Assembly (NCBI GenBank): GCA_965112735.1
Contig: OZ218962.1
Coordinates: 124,001-188,000, forward strand
Direction of reading: 5' to 3'
Source: Phaeosaccion multiseriatum
Lineage: Eukaryota; Protista; Ochrophyta, other classes
DNA length: 64,000 bases
Positions within the stretch are counted from its first letter, which is position 1. Every line of letters begins with the position of its first letter. The notes beneath the pieces are model-generated. The model saw only the letters and a list, made by a program, of their open reading frames with translations. It ran no database searches and had not been told where the DNA came from. The position numbers were made by a program, and so were the translations under genes. Shown piece after piece: positions 25,357 to 38,681 of this stretch.

Positions 25357-27268
25357 CTACCGATGGTGTGGGTGGGTGTGTGGAGGGGGGTAGTCCTGCC
25401 TCCGTTGCCCCTGGTACTGCTGCTGCTCCTGCTGCTGCGAGTACTGCTGTTGGTGGTGGTGGTGCTGCTGCTGGTGGTGCTGCTGGTGGTGGTGCGCCTC
25501 CCTCTCCATGTGTGCGGCGGGCAGGGGAGGCTCCTCCATGATACGCGGTGCCATTCGAGGCGAGTGGTAGGCGTGTTGTCCTCCGCCCTCCTGTGAGTGG
25601 TAGGCGTGTTGTCCTCCGCCCTCCTGTGAGTGGTAGGCGTGTTGTACTCCGCCCTCCTGTGAGTGGTAGGCGTGTTGTACTCCGCCCTCCTGTGAGTGGT
25701 AGGCGTGTTGTCCTCCGCCCTCCTGTGAGTGGTAGGCGTGTTGTACTCCGCCCCCTTGCGCCCCTGGGGAGGGGTAGTGATGCCTCGCATCGTGGCCCTC
25801 GTGGTCGGGGTGCTCATAGCGCCGCTCGTCATAGCGCCGCTCGTCATGTGGCCGCTCCTGAGTCGCGTGCGGGCTGTGGGTGTAGCCGTGCGACTGCTGC
25901 GGGGCGGGGCCTGCCGGGGGGGGGTGCTGCGCGTGGTGGTGGTACGGCTGCTGCTGGGGCGCATGCTCCTGCCGCTGTATCACCAACTGCTGCGGGGGTT
26001 GATAGTGAGCGGGCTGGCTGTGGCCCTGGCTTTGGCTAAAGTGCGGCTCCGCGTTGACCCGGTGAGAACCCACGCCTCCCTCGTGCACACGCCGGACTTC
26101 AGGCGGTGTTGGCGGTGCTGCTGCTGCTGCTACAGGGGGGGGCTGCTGTATCACCAACTGCTGCGGCGGCTGCTGCTGGGGCGACGGGGCAGAGGCCGCT
26201 GCTGCCGTCCATTGCGCGTAGAAGGGGTGCGTCACTGCATCTTCCGCCGTCACAGACGGCAAAGGCGGTACAGACTGCCCCTGCTGCTGTATCACCAACT
26301 GCTTCTGCTGCTCATATGGGTGGCCTGCTCCTGCTCCTCCTCCTACTGATGGCCCTCCTGCTGGTGGGGGGGGGGGCAGCGGTGGCAGGGCTCGAGCGGG
26401 TGCTCTCCCAGCCACAGCCCCCGAGGGGTGTCGACTTACCTCCTCCTCATGGCGCCCCTCCCTGCCCGTGTGACGGCCCATATGACTGCCGCTACCTCCC
26501 CCTCTCTCTTGGTACGGCCTCTCTCTCTCTCTCTCTCTGCCGCCGCCCTCTCTGCCCCCCACCCTCCCCTCTGTCTCGCCATAGCCGTCCATGCCCCCTC
26601 CATGGCCCGACCAGCCCCCTCCCTTGGCCCTGCCCATATGACTTCCCCGGTGGTCTTCCTCCCTGCTACCCGGTCGCCTGTCGTACGCCCTGCCCATATG
26701 ACTGCCGGGTGCTTCCTCCCTCTCCCGCCCGCCCCATCCGCTTCTCTCCCTTTCCCCTCCTCGACTCGGGAACCCTCCTTCCCCTTCCCCTCTGCCGCCC
26801 CCCCACTCCCTTCCACTGCCATCCCCCCCCTCACGGCCTGCCTCTCGGCCCCCCTGCTCCCACTCCGACCCGCCGCCCCTCCTGCCGCCCCTACCCTCCC
26901 TCCCCCCGCCTGCTCGGCCGTGGCCTTGGTAGGAACCGCGGGGGGAGCCTTGAGGGGGTGCGTGGTGGTAAAGGGTCTGTCTATCTGTCTGTCTATCTGT
27001 CTGTCTAGGGCTGCTCGCACATGGAGGGGGCGATCGCCATGCCCTCGCATTGGCATTGGCCTCCGTGGAGAGGGCGCGAGGGCTCTGCTCTGCTCTGCCG
27101 CCACTGCTGCTGCCGGTGTTGCTCGGACTGCCGCTGCCAGCTCCTCCTCCTCCTCCTCCTCCTCCTCCTCCCTCCCCTACCGACTCCGCTCGCGCCTTCT
27201 TGGGTATCTTGGGTGTCACGCTGTGGTACACACGTGGTGAGGGCGCCGGAAGCGGCGGTTGGGGCTGC

Positions 27269-27300
<32 letters not shown>

Positions 27301-27535
27301 TATTACCAACTGCTGAACGGGGGGCTGCTGCTGTCTGCTGACGCCGCTGCTCCCCTCCGCTGCGCTCGCCTTCCGCTCGAAGAAGGTGGAGGGCTTGGCA
27401 GAGGCTGCGGAAAGCGTAGCAGCGGCAGCGGTGGCCACCACGGACGGCCGTGCTTGGGCATTGCCCGCTCCGGAATAGCTTTGCGCCACCGGGGGGTGCT
27501 GCCCTGCGACCCCACCCTGCTGCTGCTGCTGCTGC

Positions 27536-27632
<97 letters not shown>

Positions 27633-30600
27633 GCTGTTGTTGTTGCTGTTGTTGCTGTTGTTGTATCGCCAACTGCTGCTGCTGCATCGCCAACTGCTGC
27701 TGCTGCTGCTGCTGCTTGACCTGCGCGGCCTGCGCCGCCTGCGCTGCTTTCTTGGCGGCCTTGGCTTGCGCGCGGGAGGTCTTGGGGTTGGAGAAGCCCA
27801 GGGGAAGCAGTTGGTTATACGCCTGCACATCGCTCCTGTGCACCATAGCTGAGCCCCGCCCTGCTACTGCCGTATCACCAACTGCCGCGCTCCATCCCCC
27901 TCCTGCTCCTCCCTGTCCCTCTGCGCGCTTCTCTGCCTCTGCAGCAGCCCGAGTCCTGACACCAGCCTTCTCCGCCGCCGCCGCCAGAGCCTCCTCAGAG
28001 TCCGTGCACGTGTTCTTCTTGCTCAGCGCCACACTGCCCCGTGCGTGCACCACAAGGGGCCCCTCTCCGTTGCGCGAAATGTCGTTCCTCTCTAGCCGAC
28101 TCACTCGCCCATCCGCCTCCACCTGCACGCCCGCCTGGCCATTGTCCAGCAAGTCGCAGTCCAGCACAGAAGCCTCCCCCCCGGGAGACACGCGCACACC
28201 CGCACCGGCGGAATAGCGCAGCTCGCAGTGTTGGCAGTCCAGGGAGCCGCCCCTCCCCACGAGCAGCGCCGGGCCCGGACTGTGATGCACCTCCGAACTC
28301 TCCAGCAGCAGCCGAGCCCCACTCAGCCGAGTCCCACGCACCCCCCCAGTCGCCCCACCGGGGGCCTCCATCTCTCTCCCTCTCTCTCTCTGGCCCTCGC
28401 CCTGTTGCTGGCCCTCATGTGTGGTCCCCACATACGCTCCCACAGAGATGCCCGCCGCACCCTCCCCCGCGCCTTCGTTGTTGACCGTCAAGTTGGAGCA
28501 ACGCAGAGAGACACCTCCCCCTCCCCCTCCCCCTCCCTCTTCCCCTCCCCCAATGGTGAGGAGCGGGGTGGTGTCCATGCCTCTACTGGGCCTTCGAATG
28601 GTCAATGCCACAAGCTCCCCTCCCGGCGCGCTCCAAACCAGACCCCCCACGAGCTCTACAAACACGTGACTGGCCTCACCCCCCTCTCCTATAATGCGCA
28701 GAGTCTTGTCCACAACGAGGGCCTGTTCCCAGTGGTGCCCCGACCCAAGCACGATCACGTCCCCGGCCTCCGCCGCCTTGACCGCATCCGCCACAGAGGC
28801 GAAGGTGCCCGGCCGAAGGAGCTTCGCCACAGCCGCGGCATTACTCGCACTGCCACCGCCGCTGCCTACCTGACTACCCTCACGCCCCCCACCTCCCCCT
28901 GTTGGTCCTTCTCTTACTCCGGCCTCGACAGGCAGGACGTGCTTGAAGAAAGACTCGTCCTCTGTTGCGGCCTTCCAGCGGTGGCACACCAAAGCGGCTG
29001 TGCAGCGACTCCCGCCGCCGCCTCCCACAGCAGTTGGTGGTACAGCAGGGGCAGTAGTTGGTGGTGCGGTAACGGCAGGTGGTGGTACAGCAGTTGGTGG
29101 TACAGCAGCACCAACAGGTAGTGGTGGCGCCGCACCAGCAGCAACAACAGGAGGATCCGAGGGAGAGGGTGCAGGGGGAAGGGGGACAGAGAGAAGAGGA
29201 GCAGAGGAAGGAGGAGGCGGAGGCGGAGGAGGAGGAGGTGGAGGCGGTGGAAGTGGAAGTGGAGGGGCGACCTTGGGCAAGAAGGTGAGGATCTTGACGA
29301 GGGTGGCGTGTGGCAGGCCGCAGAAGCGGAGCTCCAACGCCTTGCTGTAAGCCTCCTGCTCGACAAGTATGGCAGGCGTGTCCCACATGCACTCTCCCGT
29401 GTCCGTATTGTACCAGTACAGGATATTGGTGCCCGCCTCTGGCCGCTGCTCCCACGCCCCGCCCGTCAGTTTGCGCCGCTTCCTCTCCGCCCTCATTCGC
29501 GTCTTTTCCTTGTGGAAAAGCTTCTCGTGCGCCGCCACCCCCCTCCCGCCGGTCCCCACGTGGCAGGCCAGGAGCTCCCCGCTCTCCATGTTCCTCCTGG
29601 CCTCCGCCTCGCGCTCCTCCTCCATCTTGTCAACATCCCACGAATTGCTCTCCTCGGCCTCCTCCACCTCCTGCCTCCGCTGTGCGTCGCTGCGATAAAA
29701 GAGTGAGTAGAAGGGGTCCACATCCGTCTTAAAGCGCAGGCCGTACCTCTCAATGGGCCTTAGCGACGCCTCGATGGACTGCACATCAGGCCCCACGCTA
29801 CTCTGCCAAGCGGCGAACTCCTCTTCCATCCTCTTCTCATCCGCCGCGCCGTCTGCCGCCCCTCCTGTCGTCTTGTCCTCCCCCGCCCCTCCGTCCCCTC
29901 CTCCGGCCTCCCCTCCGTCCGCTGTTCCCCCCCCCCCTCCCCCTTCGCTCTCGTCGAACTCCCTGGCCTCCTCCTCCGCCTCCCTCTGCAGGGCCTTGCC
30001 CGCCATCACGTCGGCTGCGTCTTCGAGAGAGGCCATCGCCGCCTGCATCTCTGCTGCGGAAACCTGGGAAGGAGGGAGGGAAGGGAGGGGGTGTCCGGAC
30101 AGTGAGTGGAAGGACAGTGTGTGTCAGGGAGTGAGTGTCAGGACAGCGAGTGGAAGGACAGTGTGTGTCAGGACAGTGAGTGATGCACTCACTCACCTCC
30201 TTGTCCGGCTCCTTGTCCTTGTCCTTCCCTCTCCGTTGGTGCCCATTCGCCCTGCTGCGGCGCCCCCCACCACCCTCCCCTCTCCCCTCCTCCCCCTCTT
30301 CCTCCTCATCCTCCTCCTCCTCCTCCTCCTCCTCCTCCTCCTCCTCCCCCTCTTCCTCCTTCTCCTTCCCCCCACTCCGACTCGGAGGCCGCAGTGTGCC
30401 CAGAATGTCTCTGAGCCCCCCCGCACTCAGCCCGCCGCCCTCCAACTCCGCTCCCGCCCCCGGCTGCTCATCCTCCTGCTGCCGGAGCCTGTCAGTGTCC
30501 TTCCCCTCCTTATCCTTGTGTGCCTCTGCCAGCCCCTTGTCCGCCATGACGAGAAAGCCGAGATGCCTCTTCTGCTGCGCCTTCTTGAGAATGTTCTCCT

Positions 30601-33600
30601 CCACCGACGCCGTCGTCACCAGCCTGTAAATGTGCACCTCCCTCGTCTGGCCAATGCGATGCGCCCTGTCCTGTGCCTGCGCATCCATTGCCGGATTCCA
30701 ATCCGAGTCATAAAAGATGACCGTGTCGGCTCCTGTTAGGTTGATGCCCAGCCCGCCGGAGCGGGTGGAGAGGATGAACACAAAGAGTTTGTCGTCGCTG
30801 TTGAAGCGGTCCATGAGTCTCTGGCGCCGCTCCACCCCCGTTGAGCCGTCAAGCCTTACGTAAGAGTGGCCGTTGAGCGTGAGGAACTCCTCCAGCAGGT
30901 CCAGCATGCGGCTCATCTGTTCGTTCACAGCCGTTTCACAGGTATCAGTTTCACTTTCAGTTTTCAGTGTCGGGGGCGAGGAGAACTTAGCAATCAACCA
31001 ACCTATCGATCAATGCGAGTATGAATTCACGTGTCAACAATAATGGATTGCATGCCTGCGCAAACCAACCAACCAACCACCAAACTAACCACCCAACCAA
31101 TTGGCCAACCAACCATCCACCCAACACCCTCTCCCCAAGAGACACGCACGATGCCTGCCATGACCCACTGCAAGGCATGACCCACCTGAGTGAAGATGAG
31201 GCACTTGTGCCCCCCCGCCTTGAGCTCCCTGAGCATGCGAGCAAGCACTTGAAGCTTGCCTGCGTCGAACTGCACAAGCTGTCGATCGGGGAAGTTGATG
31301 CGCTGTCGAGAGAAGCCCGTGTACAGAGCAGCCCCTACCGCTCCGCCAGGGCCTCCTCCCGCCTCCCCGGGGGGGTATCTGCTCCTGCTGTTACTGCTCC
31401 GCGCCCCGGGGGGGAGGCCACCACCGCCGCCCTCGTGCCCGTCGCTGCCGTTCAAAGCAGCAGCACCATCGTTGGGCCGAGCACCGCTGCCCATAGCAAT
31501 GCCCACGCCGCCTCTGTACTTGCCTCGGCCGCTCCCGCACCCGCGCTCTGTATCACCAACTGCTGCAGCCGCCGCCGCCGCCGCCGCCGCTTCCCTCGCC
31601 TTGGCCCTGGCCGCATGTGCCTCTAACGTCTGAATGGCGTGCTCTGCCTCTGCTTGCCCCTCCCCCCTGAGCAGCGCGCCGAGCCCCTTCCTGAGGCCGA
31701 GCTCCTCCACTGCCCTTGTGCGCTCCTCTGCCTCGTGTCTGGAGGAGTGCAGCAGCCGCGGGCCCCGCGTCACCACCTTGGGCACGGCAACGGAGTAACG
31801 CTTCAGCAGGTCCTCTCCCTGCCTACACAGCGCGGGGTAAGAGCCGGCCACACACAGGGCCATGAGCGCCGAGGGGCACCACTCCCGGAGCAAGGCAGTG
31901 CTGCTGCTGCTGCTGCTGCTGCCGCCCCTCCGCCGTGCTCCTCCTGTACCACCAACCGCAGCATCACCCGCTGCATCAGCTGCGGCCGCCGCCACCGCCG
32001 CCGCTCCCAAGGCCACCCCGCCTCTGTCCGAGATAGACAGCGTCACAGCGTCACACAGGTCCCTACTGAGGGCCTGCCCCTCCCCGCCCGCCAGTGATGG
32101 CAGCAGAAGGCGCCGCAAGTTCACCGCGGCGAGGCCCTGTCTCCGCTCCTTGGCCTCTGCCCGCAGCCGCTGCCGCCGCCACGTCATCAAGTCCAACAGA
32201 GCTCGAGGGGTGCCCAGTCCCCCCCCGGGGAGCAGCGCCGCGCCCCCCGGGGAGCGAGGAGAAGCCGCAGCAGAAGCCCCACCCCCCCTGCCTAGGGCAT
32301 GACTGGCGAGCGCCGCCCCCGCTGTTGCCAACCCTTGCGCTGCCACGCTCCACGGGGATTGGTCGGGGCCGGTCTGACTGCTGCTGCTGCTGCTGCTGCT
32401 GCTGTTGTTGTTGTTGCTGTTGCTGTTGTTGTTGCTGCTGCTGCCCAATCGCGTGCCATGGGTATGAGGGGCGGCATGGCTGCCCGTATGGTTAGTGGCG
32501 TTACTTGCGCTCTTGCTGCCCCCCTTGCTTGCCTTGGGCGGCAGCTGCAGCGCGGCGGGCAGGTTCACATCCATCACCTCCACCAGCACAGATGGCGACG
32601 ATTTAGTCATATGGGCGGCAGAGGCCGCCAGGAGGGCAGTTTGCACAGGGCCCATATGACTGGCCCGCACGCCGCGCACCCCCACTACCCTACCCTGCAC
32701 GGGCGCTGCGAGATCCCCTGCCCACAGAGGCAAGAGCAGCTCCGGAGACACGCCCCCCTGCGGCAGCGTGGAGCAGTGCCTCCACTTCCAAGAGCGCAAC
32801 AAGGGGCTTGTGGTGCTGTTCGCACGTCTGCCACGGCCCTCCGTCTCCGCTGTTGTATCACCAACTGCTGCTGCTGGAGCACGACTGATCCCCTCACCGC
32901 CTCGTCCCCCTCCCCCTCCCCCTCCCGCGCCCCTCCTTAGCAAAGGAGCCGCCCCCGCCCCTGCCCCTCCTCCTCCTCCTCCTCCGCAGAGGGCGCCGAG
33001 CAGAGAGGGCAGCCTGTGCTCCAGCGGCGCCATGGCGAAGGGGGAGAGGATGGGGCGGGCCTCGAACAGGTCGGGGTGGTTGCACACCTTGCGCAGCTGC
33101 ATCAACACGTTCATCATGCCCATAAAGGAGCCCTTTCCTCCAAGGGCAGCGCGAGTGGAGGAGCGGTTCATGAACTCCTCATAGAGCTGCTGCTGGCGCT
33201 TGGACAGACCGCACATGACCACGTGCTCGGACTTGGCTGGAAGCTGCTTCGCTACCTCCGACTTGAGCCGCCGCTGTGGGGAGGATGGCAGTGGATGGCA
33301 GTGGGGTGGGTTGGCCGTTTGGTTGATTGATTAGAATGGGCCCAAGGGGGTGGGGGGATGGAGCGGGACAGGACTGGAGCGGTGGCGCGTTAGAGCGGGT
33401 GCCTCCAGACAATCGCACATACGCCCGCATGCACGCACGCACTCACTCGCTCACTTACTCACTCACTCACTCACTCACTCACTTACTCACTCATTCACTC
33501 ATTCACTCACTCACTCACTCACTCACTCAGTCAGTCAGTCAGTCAGTCAGTCAGTCACTCACCAGCACGAAGGGGCGCATGACTGAGTGCAGGCGGCGGA

Positions 33601-36600
33601 TGAGGTCTCCACTCACGCCCCTGTTGCCCTCCACCATGTTGCTCAGCGGCTGTGGACAAGGGAGAGAGGGGGGGGGGTAGAAAGTGATTGAGTGAAGACT
33701 AGGAACAATTCGAACATCACATCACCGGGCTGAACCTGAGAGAGAGAGAGAGAGAGAGAGACGCACACATTTACACCTGGCGGAACCAGAGAGAGAGAGA
33801 TGCTGTACACACAACTCACACACCACACCCACCACACCCACCTGGCTGAACCAGTAGGCGAACTCCTTCCTGGAGCGGAAGATGTGCGGCATGAGGAAGT
33901 GCATGAGACTCCACAGCTCCATCAGGTTGTTCTGCAGGGGCGTGCCCGTCAGCAGCACGCGGAACTGGCTGTTGAAGGTGAGGAGCGTCTGCCAGCGTTG
34001 CGACTTGAAGTTCTTGATGTTGTGAGCCTGTTGGTGGTACGCAGCATCACAGAGGGCGAGGGGAAGGTAGAGCGGGTCAGACGAGGGGGGCGTGGAACAT
34101 CCTACACGATGATGACGATGCGTTGGCACCTGCCGTATCACCAACTGCTGCTGCTGCTGACGATTGATTTGCTTCCCTCATTTCCGCCAACTCAAATCAA
34201 ACAACGCCCAATCTCGAAGCCCCCCCTGCCTGTGGCTCTCTCCCTCCGCCTCCACTGCCACTCCCGCCCTCTCCCCTCCCCCTCCTCCTCCACTGCCACC
34301 CCCCCCCCCTCCCCTCTCCCTTCTCCCTCGTCACCACTGACCTCGTCCAGGATGAGGTAGTACCACCTTTTTCGCTTGAAGCTGGCTTGGTCCTGCACGG
34401 CGAGCTGGTAGGAGGTGACGCATACATGGAACTTGTTGAGCTTGGTCCAGCCTTCACGGAGCTCCTTGCGCTGCTTGGCCGTGCCGTAGTAAGTCAGCAC
34501 CTTTGGAGGGAGGGGGGAGGGGGGGGGGGGCAGGCGAATCAGGCTAGGCAAAGCGGATGGGCAGACAGGGAAGACTAATCAGGCAGGCAGGATAGCAGGG
34601 CGGGAGGACAGAGGTATATGGGCAAAACCTAGACACACATATCGGTAGACAGACAGACAGACAAACAAACAGAGGCACATGGGTAGGCAGGACCTTCCTT
34701 CCTTCCTTCCTTCCTTCCTTCCTCCCTTGATTGCTCGGCCGCATCCTACCTTGAAGCCCGGGCAGAAGCGCTTGAGCTCTGTCTCCCAATTGACTATGCA
34801 TGAGGTGGGCACGATGATAAGGTGTGGACCCCATACGCCCTTGAAGCAGCTGAGGTAGGCCAGCAGGGCGATGGTCTGCACCGTCTTGCCCAGTCCCATC
34901 TCGTCGGCCAGGATGCCGTTGAGGCGCCGCTCGTGCAGGGACACCAGCCAGTTCAACCCCACGTGTTGGTACTCGCGCAGCTTGAGGAACGTCGCCAGGA
35001 GGTAGGGGCGGGGCACTCGGATGGAGCGCGCGGCTTCGTCTGCCCTCTCGAGCCGAGCGAGTGCGTCGTCCGCCTCCTCATCCCCCTCCCCGCCCACCTC
35101 CTTGTCCTCCTCTTTCTCTTCCTCGTCTTGCTGAAGCTCCTCCTCCTCCTCCTCCTCCTCATTGTCCATGGCCGGTCGCTTTCTCCTGCGCCGCCTTCTT
35201 TCCAGGGGCTCTCCTCCCTTGCTCTCCTCCGCCCCGCTATCATCATCACCATCATCACCATCATCACCGCCGTCGCCCCCCTCCTCCATGTCGTCTCCTC
35301 CCGAGTCCACTGCTTCCTCCATATCTACATCACTGCCATCAGTGTTACCCCCCCCCCCCTCCCCGTAGTACTTGTTCATTATATCCTCCACGCTCATGTC
35401 TGCATCCCCTGCCAGCATGTCTAGTTCCTGCTTCCTGCCCATCCCCCCGCTCGCTCCCCCGGCCTTCTCCTCCTGCTCGATGGTGCGCTCGTCGTCCTCC
35501 TCCTCCACCCCAACAAATTCCTCTGACCCATCACTCTGCTCTCCCTCCTCCCCCTCCTCCTCCTCCTCCTCCTCGTCCCCATAGTCCTCTTCTTCCTGCC
35601 TTCCCCCCTCCCCATCGTCGTCGTCATCATCAGCCGCGGCTTTGTACCTCAGCATGAGGTCCTCCACCGACAAGTCGGCTTCTGCCCTCAGCATGGCAAT
35701 CTCAGCCTCGCTAGTCAACACGCCATGTCCATCATGTCCAGCTGTGCTGCTCCCTGCACTTGCAGCCGCCCCGCCTCCTCTTCCCCCTGCCGCTGCCGCT
35801 GCTGCCGCTGCTGCCGCTGCTGCTGCTGCCGCCTCTCTCTCCTCCTGCTCTATTGTCGCTTCATCGTCCTCTTGGTCAGACGCTTCGTAGTCCAAGTCGT
35901 CGTCCGCCTCCTTGTCGGCCTCCTTGTCGGACAAGTCCACCCCCCAAAGCTGCTCCCCGGCGGAAAGGTCCTCGAATCGGCAATCGCCCGCTGATAGCCC
36001 CCCCTTTGCCTTGACCGAAGACTCGACCGCAGAGGTGGGCACCACCTTTGGCTCTGATGCCTCCTTTGGCTCTGATGCCTCCTTTGGCTCTGATGCCTCG
36101 CCTTTGGCCGAAGCCGCTTCCTCGACCTGCTCGCCCTCCACACCCCCCACACCCCGCTCCTCAGCAGCGCCATGAGCGTCGGAGTCTCCATCTTCATCAT
36201 CCTCCATTGACACCGCCCCGTCAGAGTCGCCACCGTTGCGAGATGCCCCGTAGTACTTGTTCATAATGTCCTCCACGCTCATGTCTGCATCCCCTGCCAG
36301 CATGTCTAGTTCCTGCTTCCTGCCCATCCCCCCGCTCGCCCCCCCGGCCTTCTCCTCCTGCTCGATGGTGCGCTCGTCGTCCTCCTCCTCCACCCCAACA
36401 AACTCCTCTGACCCATCACTCTGCTCTCCCTCCTCCCCCTCCCCCCCCTCCTCCTCCTCCTCCTCCTCCTCCTGCTGCTGCTCCTCCTCCTTCTCCTGCC
36501 CCCCTCCATGGTCGCCGCTAGGGGTCTCCCCATCACCTGCTTTGGCTGGACTCCCTTTCAGTCCCGGGTCGCGCTCAGAGGACGATCCCCTCCCCCTTGT

Positions 36601-37914
36601 CCTCTTGGCCCGCCCCCCACTTACCCCTGCTGCTGCCGTGGAGGTCCGCTCGTCCGCGGCGTGTGCGGGGGAGCCCTCTTCAGGACTTGTACTCCCCATG
36701 TCCACATCTCCTTCGCCCTCCTCCCCCTCCGCCTCCCCCCCCCCTTCCTCCCCCCCCCCCTCCTCCCCCTCCCCCTCCTCCCCCTCCCCCTCCTCCTCCC
36801 CCCCCTCCTCCCCCTCCGCCTCCTCCCCCTCCTGTACGGCATTGGTGAGCATGTTATCGGCCAGCATGGAGGTGTAACGCTCGGTCTGCTTCACCAGGAA
36901 CACGAGGTGCTTGTCCATGGCCTTCCTACGCGCGTCGTCCGCCTCCACCTTCTGCTTGTAACCGATGACCTTCTGCAGCTTACCCCAGAACTGCCTCACG
37001 TCCCTTGCGCACTTTGCTGCCGTCCGCTTGAGCGCCGCCGCCTCCTCCTTGGCCTTCCTCGCCTTGCGCGCCCCCATGCCGTCCCAGTAGGCCTGCACAT
37101 TCTTACTCATCCTTCTGGCCAGCATGACGTGCCGCTTGCGCTCCTTCTGGAAGTCCTCGCTCATCCACATCATCTCCTTGAGCAGCATGTCCCAGTGCAG
37201 AGACTCCGCCGCCACCGCCTTGCCCAGCACGTTGGGCCTGTCCTTGCCGCCTGTGATTCCCCTCAGCTGCATGGTCAGCGCCTTCTTGGAGCGCGTGAGG
37301 GCGGCCAGGGGCGTGTTGTTGACGGCGTCGTCCTCCCATTGTACGAGCTGGACTGCCTCCACCGGGCACGGGGGCTGGGGGCCCATGTTGACCGTGGCGT
37401 GGTCCAGGCCGATCACGTGACAGTCCACTGGAGACCCTCGCTCGAACAGCGCCACACGGGCTATCTGCTTCTTGTGCTCCGCCCTGCGAGCGGCGTCCTG
37501 CGCGCGCTTGGCGGCCACGCTGAGCACCGCCGCCGCTGCGGCGCCCTTGTTGTCCGAGGCGGTAGGAGCTGCACCATCGCCGTTTTCTGACATCTGCCGG
37601 GCCACAGTCCGCTGCTGTATGCCGCTCAGGGCCTGCAGGGCTATCCTGTCGCTCGCTTCTCGGGCTGCTCCTCTTGAGGGCCTCGCGGATCGCGCCGCAG
37701 TCTTTTGCTTCTTAGCTGTCCGTACATCCTTTCCCTCCTCCTCTTCCTCCCCCTCCCCCTCGCCCTCCTCTGCTGGGGCGCTAGCTCCTCCTCCTTCTCC
37801 ACCTCTTCCTCCTTCTACTGCGCCTCGTCCTGCTGCTCCTCCTCCTCGTCCTCCTCTTCGTCCACTTCCTCTTCCTCCTCGTGCTGACCCATTCAGCTCT
37901 CTACGTTTCGGCAT
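25357..37914 (-). CDS. SWR1: SWR1/SRCAP/Domino-family SNF2 chromatin remodeller with C-terminal WW, F-box-like and right-handed beta-helix domains and a low-complexity tail
   Basis: HSA region ([21 protein letters not shown]), LREYQ...[18 protein letters not shown]|[55 protein letters not shown]. Exons: 37914-34750, 34500-34342, 34027-33842, 33649-33563, 33273-31186, 30916-30197, 30063-25357. Confidence 0.95.
25562..25753 (-). repeat. 33-bp coding tandem repeat x6 ([10 protein letters not shown][G/V]) in the SWR1 tail
   Basis: Near-perfect units of GAGTGGTAGGCGTGTTGT(C/A)CTCCGCCCTCCTGT. Confidence 0.9.
27517..27716 (-). repeat. CAA/CAG polyglutamine tract in SWR1
   Basis: (TTG)n/(CTG)n on the + strand, in frame as Qn in the long last exon. 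Confidence 0.9.
35361..36442 (-). repeat. About 200-bp internal duplication in SWR1 exon 1 (35361-35557 and 36246-36442)
   Basis: Both copies encode [60 protein letters not shown] with only a few silent differences. Confidence 0.9.
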
Positions 37915-38681
37915 GTCTACGAAAGATCAGATACCCTGCAGTCCTCCACTGCTGCTATCCCCTCTACTTTACTCTGCTTTGCCTCTCCTCCAAAGGCTTT
38001 CACCCATCGTAAATGATCGCCTCGCCGATCCCCCTCTCAAGTATGTGATCGTCGGGAAATTGAAATTGAAATTCACCCCTTTCCCTCTCGCGACTCGATT
38101 CTCTCTGTCTTTTGACTCTGTAGGACAAAGAGGCACTGTCTCATTCTTCTTGTGTCTTAAATGCGTCTATTATTATCGTCTGAGGCTCGAGCTTGCGAAA
38201 CAGAGGCTGCTCCGCTGACCAGCCGAAGCCGGTGGTATCAAACAGGTGACAGGTGACGAGGAGAAGCCCCTCCTTGCGATTGGGGTGCAGGCCAGCAAGG
38301 CCAGCAAGGACGGCAGGGGGAGCAGCAGGACCAGCGCCCCAGGAAGAATCGTGACCCCCGCCGCTGGTCCCGGTGATGTGCATGCACTGTTCTTCCACCC
38401 CCTCCTCTCTCTCTTCGTTTTTATTGTACTACGGTACTACGAGGTAATTATTGGACTGTCCACCTCCACCTTCTCTCCGTGCAGCTCCTATGCATGGCCC
38501 ACAGCAGCTAGCCAGCCAGCCAGCCAGCCAGCCCCCACAGCAAGCCGGGTCTCGATCCACCCACCCGTCCCCGCGCGTGCCCGATGAGAAGAGAGGCACG
38601 ACACCCCGCCAATCCAAAGCCCCCATCAGCGCTCGATCGATGGACCATCCATCCCTCTACTCTCCCCTCATCAATCGATGA

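Noticed and set aside
25562-25753. 33-bp repeats of CRISPR-like length
   Set aside because: Head-to-tail without spacers and in frame within the SWR1 exon.
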